Virus record (IMG/VR): IMGVR_UViG_3300049563_000052
Location: 1 to 64,000 of that record
Reading direction: 5' to 3' (one strand)
Source: a virus
Taxonomy: Duplodnaviria; Caudoviricetes
Length of the DNA: 64,000 bases
Made by a program: the position numbers and the translations under genes. The notes under the pieces are model-generated. The model searched no databases, was not told the origin of the DNA, and was given only the letters and a program-made list of their open reading frames with translations. Below are positions 62,954 to 64,000 of this stretch, piece after piece (positions within the stretch are counted from its first letter, which is position 1; every line of letters begins with the position of its first letter).

Positions 62954-64000
62954 GTGACCGACCTGTCGTACGACATCGTCGCCACCACCGCCCAGGCCGC
63001 CCGCGCCCTGGAGTCGCTGTCCCGGCAGCTGGAGCGGCTGTCCGACCGGCTGGATGAGATCGACGGCCGCCGCGCCGAAGCCGACGTCGACGTCGACTCC
63101 GCGGACGCCGAGGCCGGGATCGCCGAAGTCGAGCGGGGCCTGAACCGCATCGACGGCCGCAAGGTCACCGCCAAGATCGACGTCGATAAGTCGTTCGGCG
63201 CGATGATGACCAAGCTCGGCTCGATCACCGGGATGTTCACCAAGGTCGGCGCGGCGGGCGCCGGGCTGATGGCGACCACCCACACCGTGATGGGGCTGGC
63301 CGCCGCCGTGGTGGATCTGTCCGGGCTGATCGGTATCGCGGCGGGTGCTGCCGCGGCCGGGGGGGCGGTCTTCGCCACCTTGAAGGTCGGTACGCAGGGC
63401 CTCGGCGACGCCATGAAGGCCGTCGGTGAGGGGGACGCGAAGAAGCTCGACGAGGCGCTCAAGAAGCTGGCGCCCAGCGCCCGCGCCGTGGTGTTGGAGT
63501 TCGCGCACCTGAAACCGGAGTGGGAAAAGCTGCAACTGGACGTGCAGCAACGCCTGTTCGCCGGGCTGAACAAGGAAGTCGAAGCGCTCGGCAAGACCTA
63601 CCTGCCGATCCTGCGCACCGGCATGGATTCGGTCGCCGACGCCACCAACCGGCTGATCAAGAGCACGGCGGATTATCTCAAGGGCGCGGAGGCCACCGGC
63701 AACGTCCGAACGATCTTCGACAACACCGCGAAGAGCATGGACGCGCTGCACTCGGTGGGCGCCTCCATCGTGTCGATCTTCGGGAACATCGCTGCCGTCG
63801 GGTCGAGCTTCCTGCCGGGGCTCGCGACCAGCTTCGCGCAGGCTGCGGACCGGGCCGCGGACTTCATCGCCAAGGCGAAGGAGACCGGGCAGCTCGCGGA
63901 GTGGATGCAGCGCGCCAAAGACGCCGCGGGCCAGCTCTGGGAAGCGCTGAAGAACATCGGCGGCGCCCTCGGCGGGATCTTCAAGGCGTCCGGCGCCGAA
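62954..64000 (+). CDS. Tape measure protein (5' part, truncated by window end)
   Basis: Open frame from GTG; ALKKLAPSAR; VQQRLFAGL. Confidence 0.85.
   Translation, partial: MTDLSYDIVATTAQAARALESLSRQLERLSDRLDEIDGRRAEADVDVDSADAEAGIAEVERGLNRIDGRKVTAKIDVDKSFGAMMTKLGSITGMFTKVGAAGAGLMATTHTVMGLAAAVVDLSGLIGIAAGAAAAGGAVFATLKVGTQGLGDAMKAVGEGDAKKLDEALKKLAPSARAVVLEFAHLKPEWEKLQLDVQQRLFAGLNKEVEALGKTYLPILRTGMDSVADATNRLIKSTADYLKGAEATGNVRTIFDNTAKSMDALHSVGASIVSIFGNIAAVGSSFLPGLATSFAQAADRAADFIAKAKETGQLAEWMQRAKDAAGQLWEALKNIGGALGGIFKASGAE

Noticed and set aside
1-64000. Many long antisense or alternate-frame ORFs (e.g. 1742-3181, 20979-22517, 43148-44398, 44429-46540, 55652-59095)
   Set aside because: High-GC shadow ORFs of better-supported genes; Arg/Pro/Gly-rich, with no RBS or coupling

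Overview
The whole window reads as one very high-GC actinobacteriophage genome with HK97-type head genes and a siphovirus-like tail. No host housekeeping genes, integrase or replication genes are visible. The whiB1 copy and the chromosomal-type parS point to a filamentous actinomycete host, possibly Pseudonocardiaceae or Streptomyces-like. The sequence runs through the probable packaging end (HNH, then cos-like region at about 37.6-37.8 kb), so it is a circular, prophage or permuted form. The right part (37.8-64 kb) holds a ParB-like + TET/JBP oxygenase + glycosyltransferase module, an M15 endolysin, a lone QueC-like gene, an Acb2/Tad1-like gene, terminase, portal, protease, capsid, a stand-alone Rpf-LysM, a 1600-aa repeat fibre, neck and tail genes, a frameshifted tail chaperone and the start of the tape measure. 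The left part (1-37 kb) is a rich accessory region with five notable elements. (i) An operon built around an SfmD/LmbB2-like heme-dependent aromatic oxygenase with two paralogous PQ-loop-like membrane proteins. (ii) A Streptomyces-plasmid-type transfer kit: TraB/FtsK, a TraA-like protein, a DUF2637/Spd protein, an HTH, candidate clt repeats and a perfect parS. (iii) WhiB1 and a group I truncated haemoglobin. (iv) Three degenerate tRNA-like RNAs behind duplicated promoters. (v) At least four dispersed DNA motif families, led by a 19-bp palindrome ATGCGCGCC-N-GGCGCGCAT at about 14 promoters. All family assignments come from motif recognition by eye; no database search was run.
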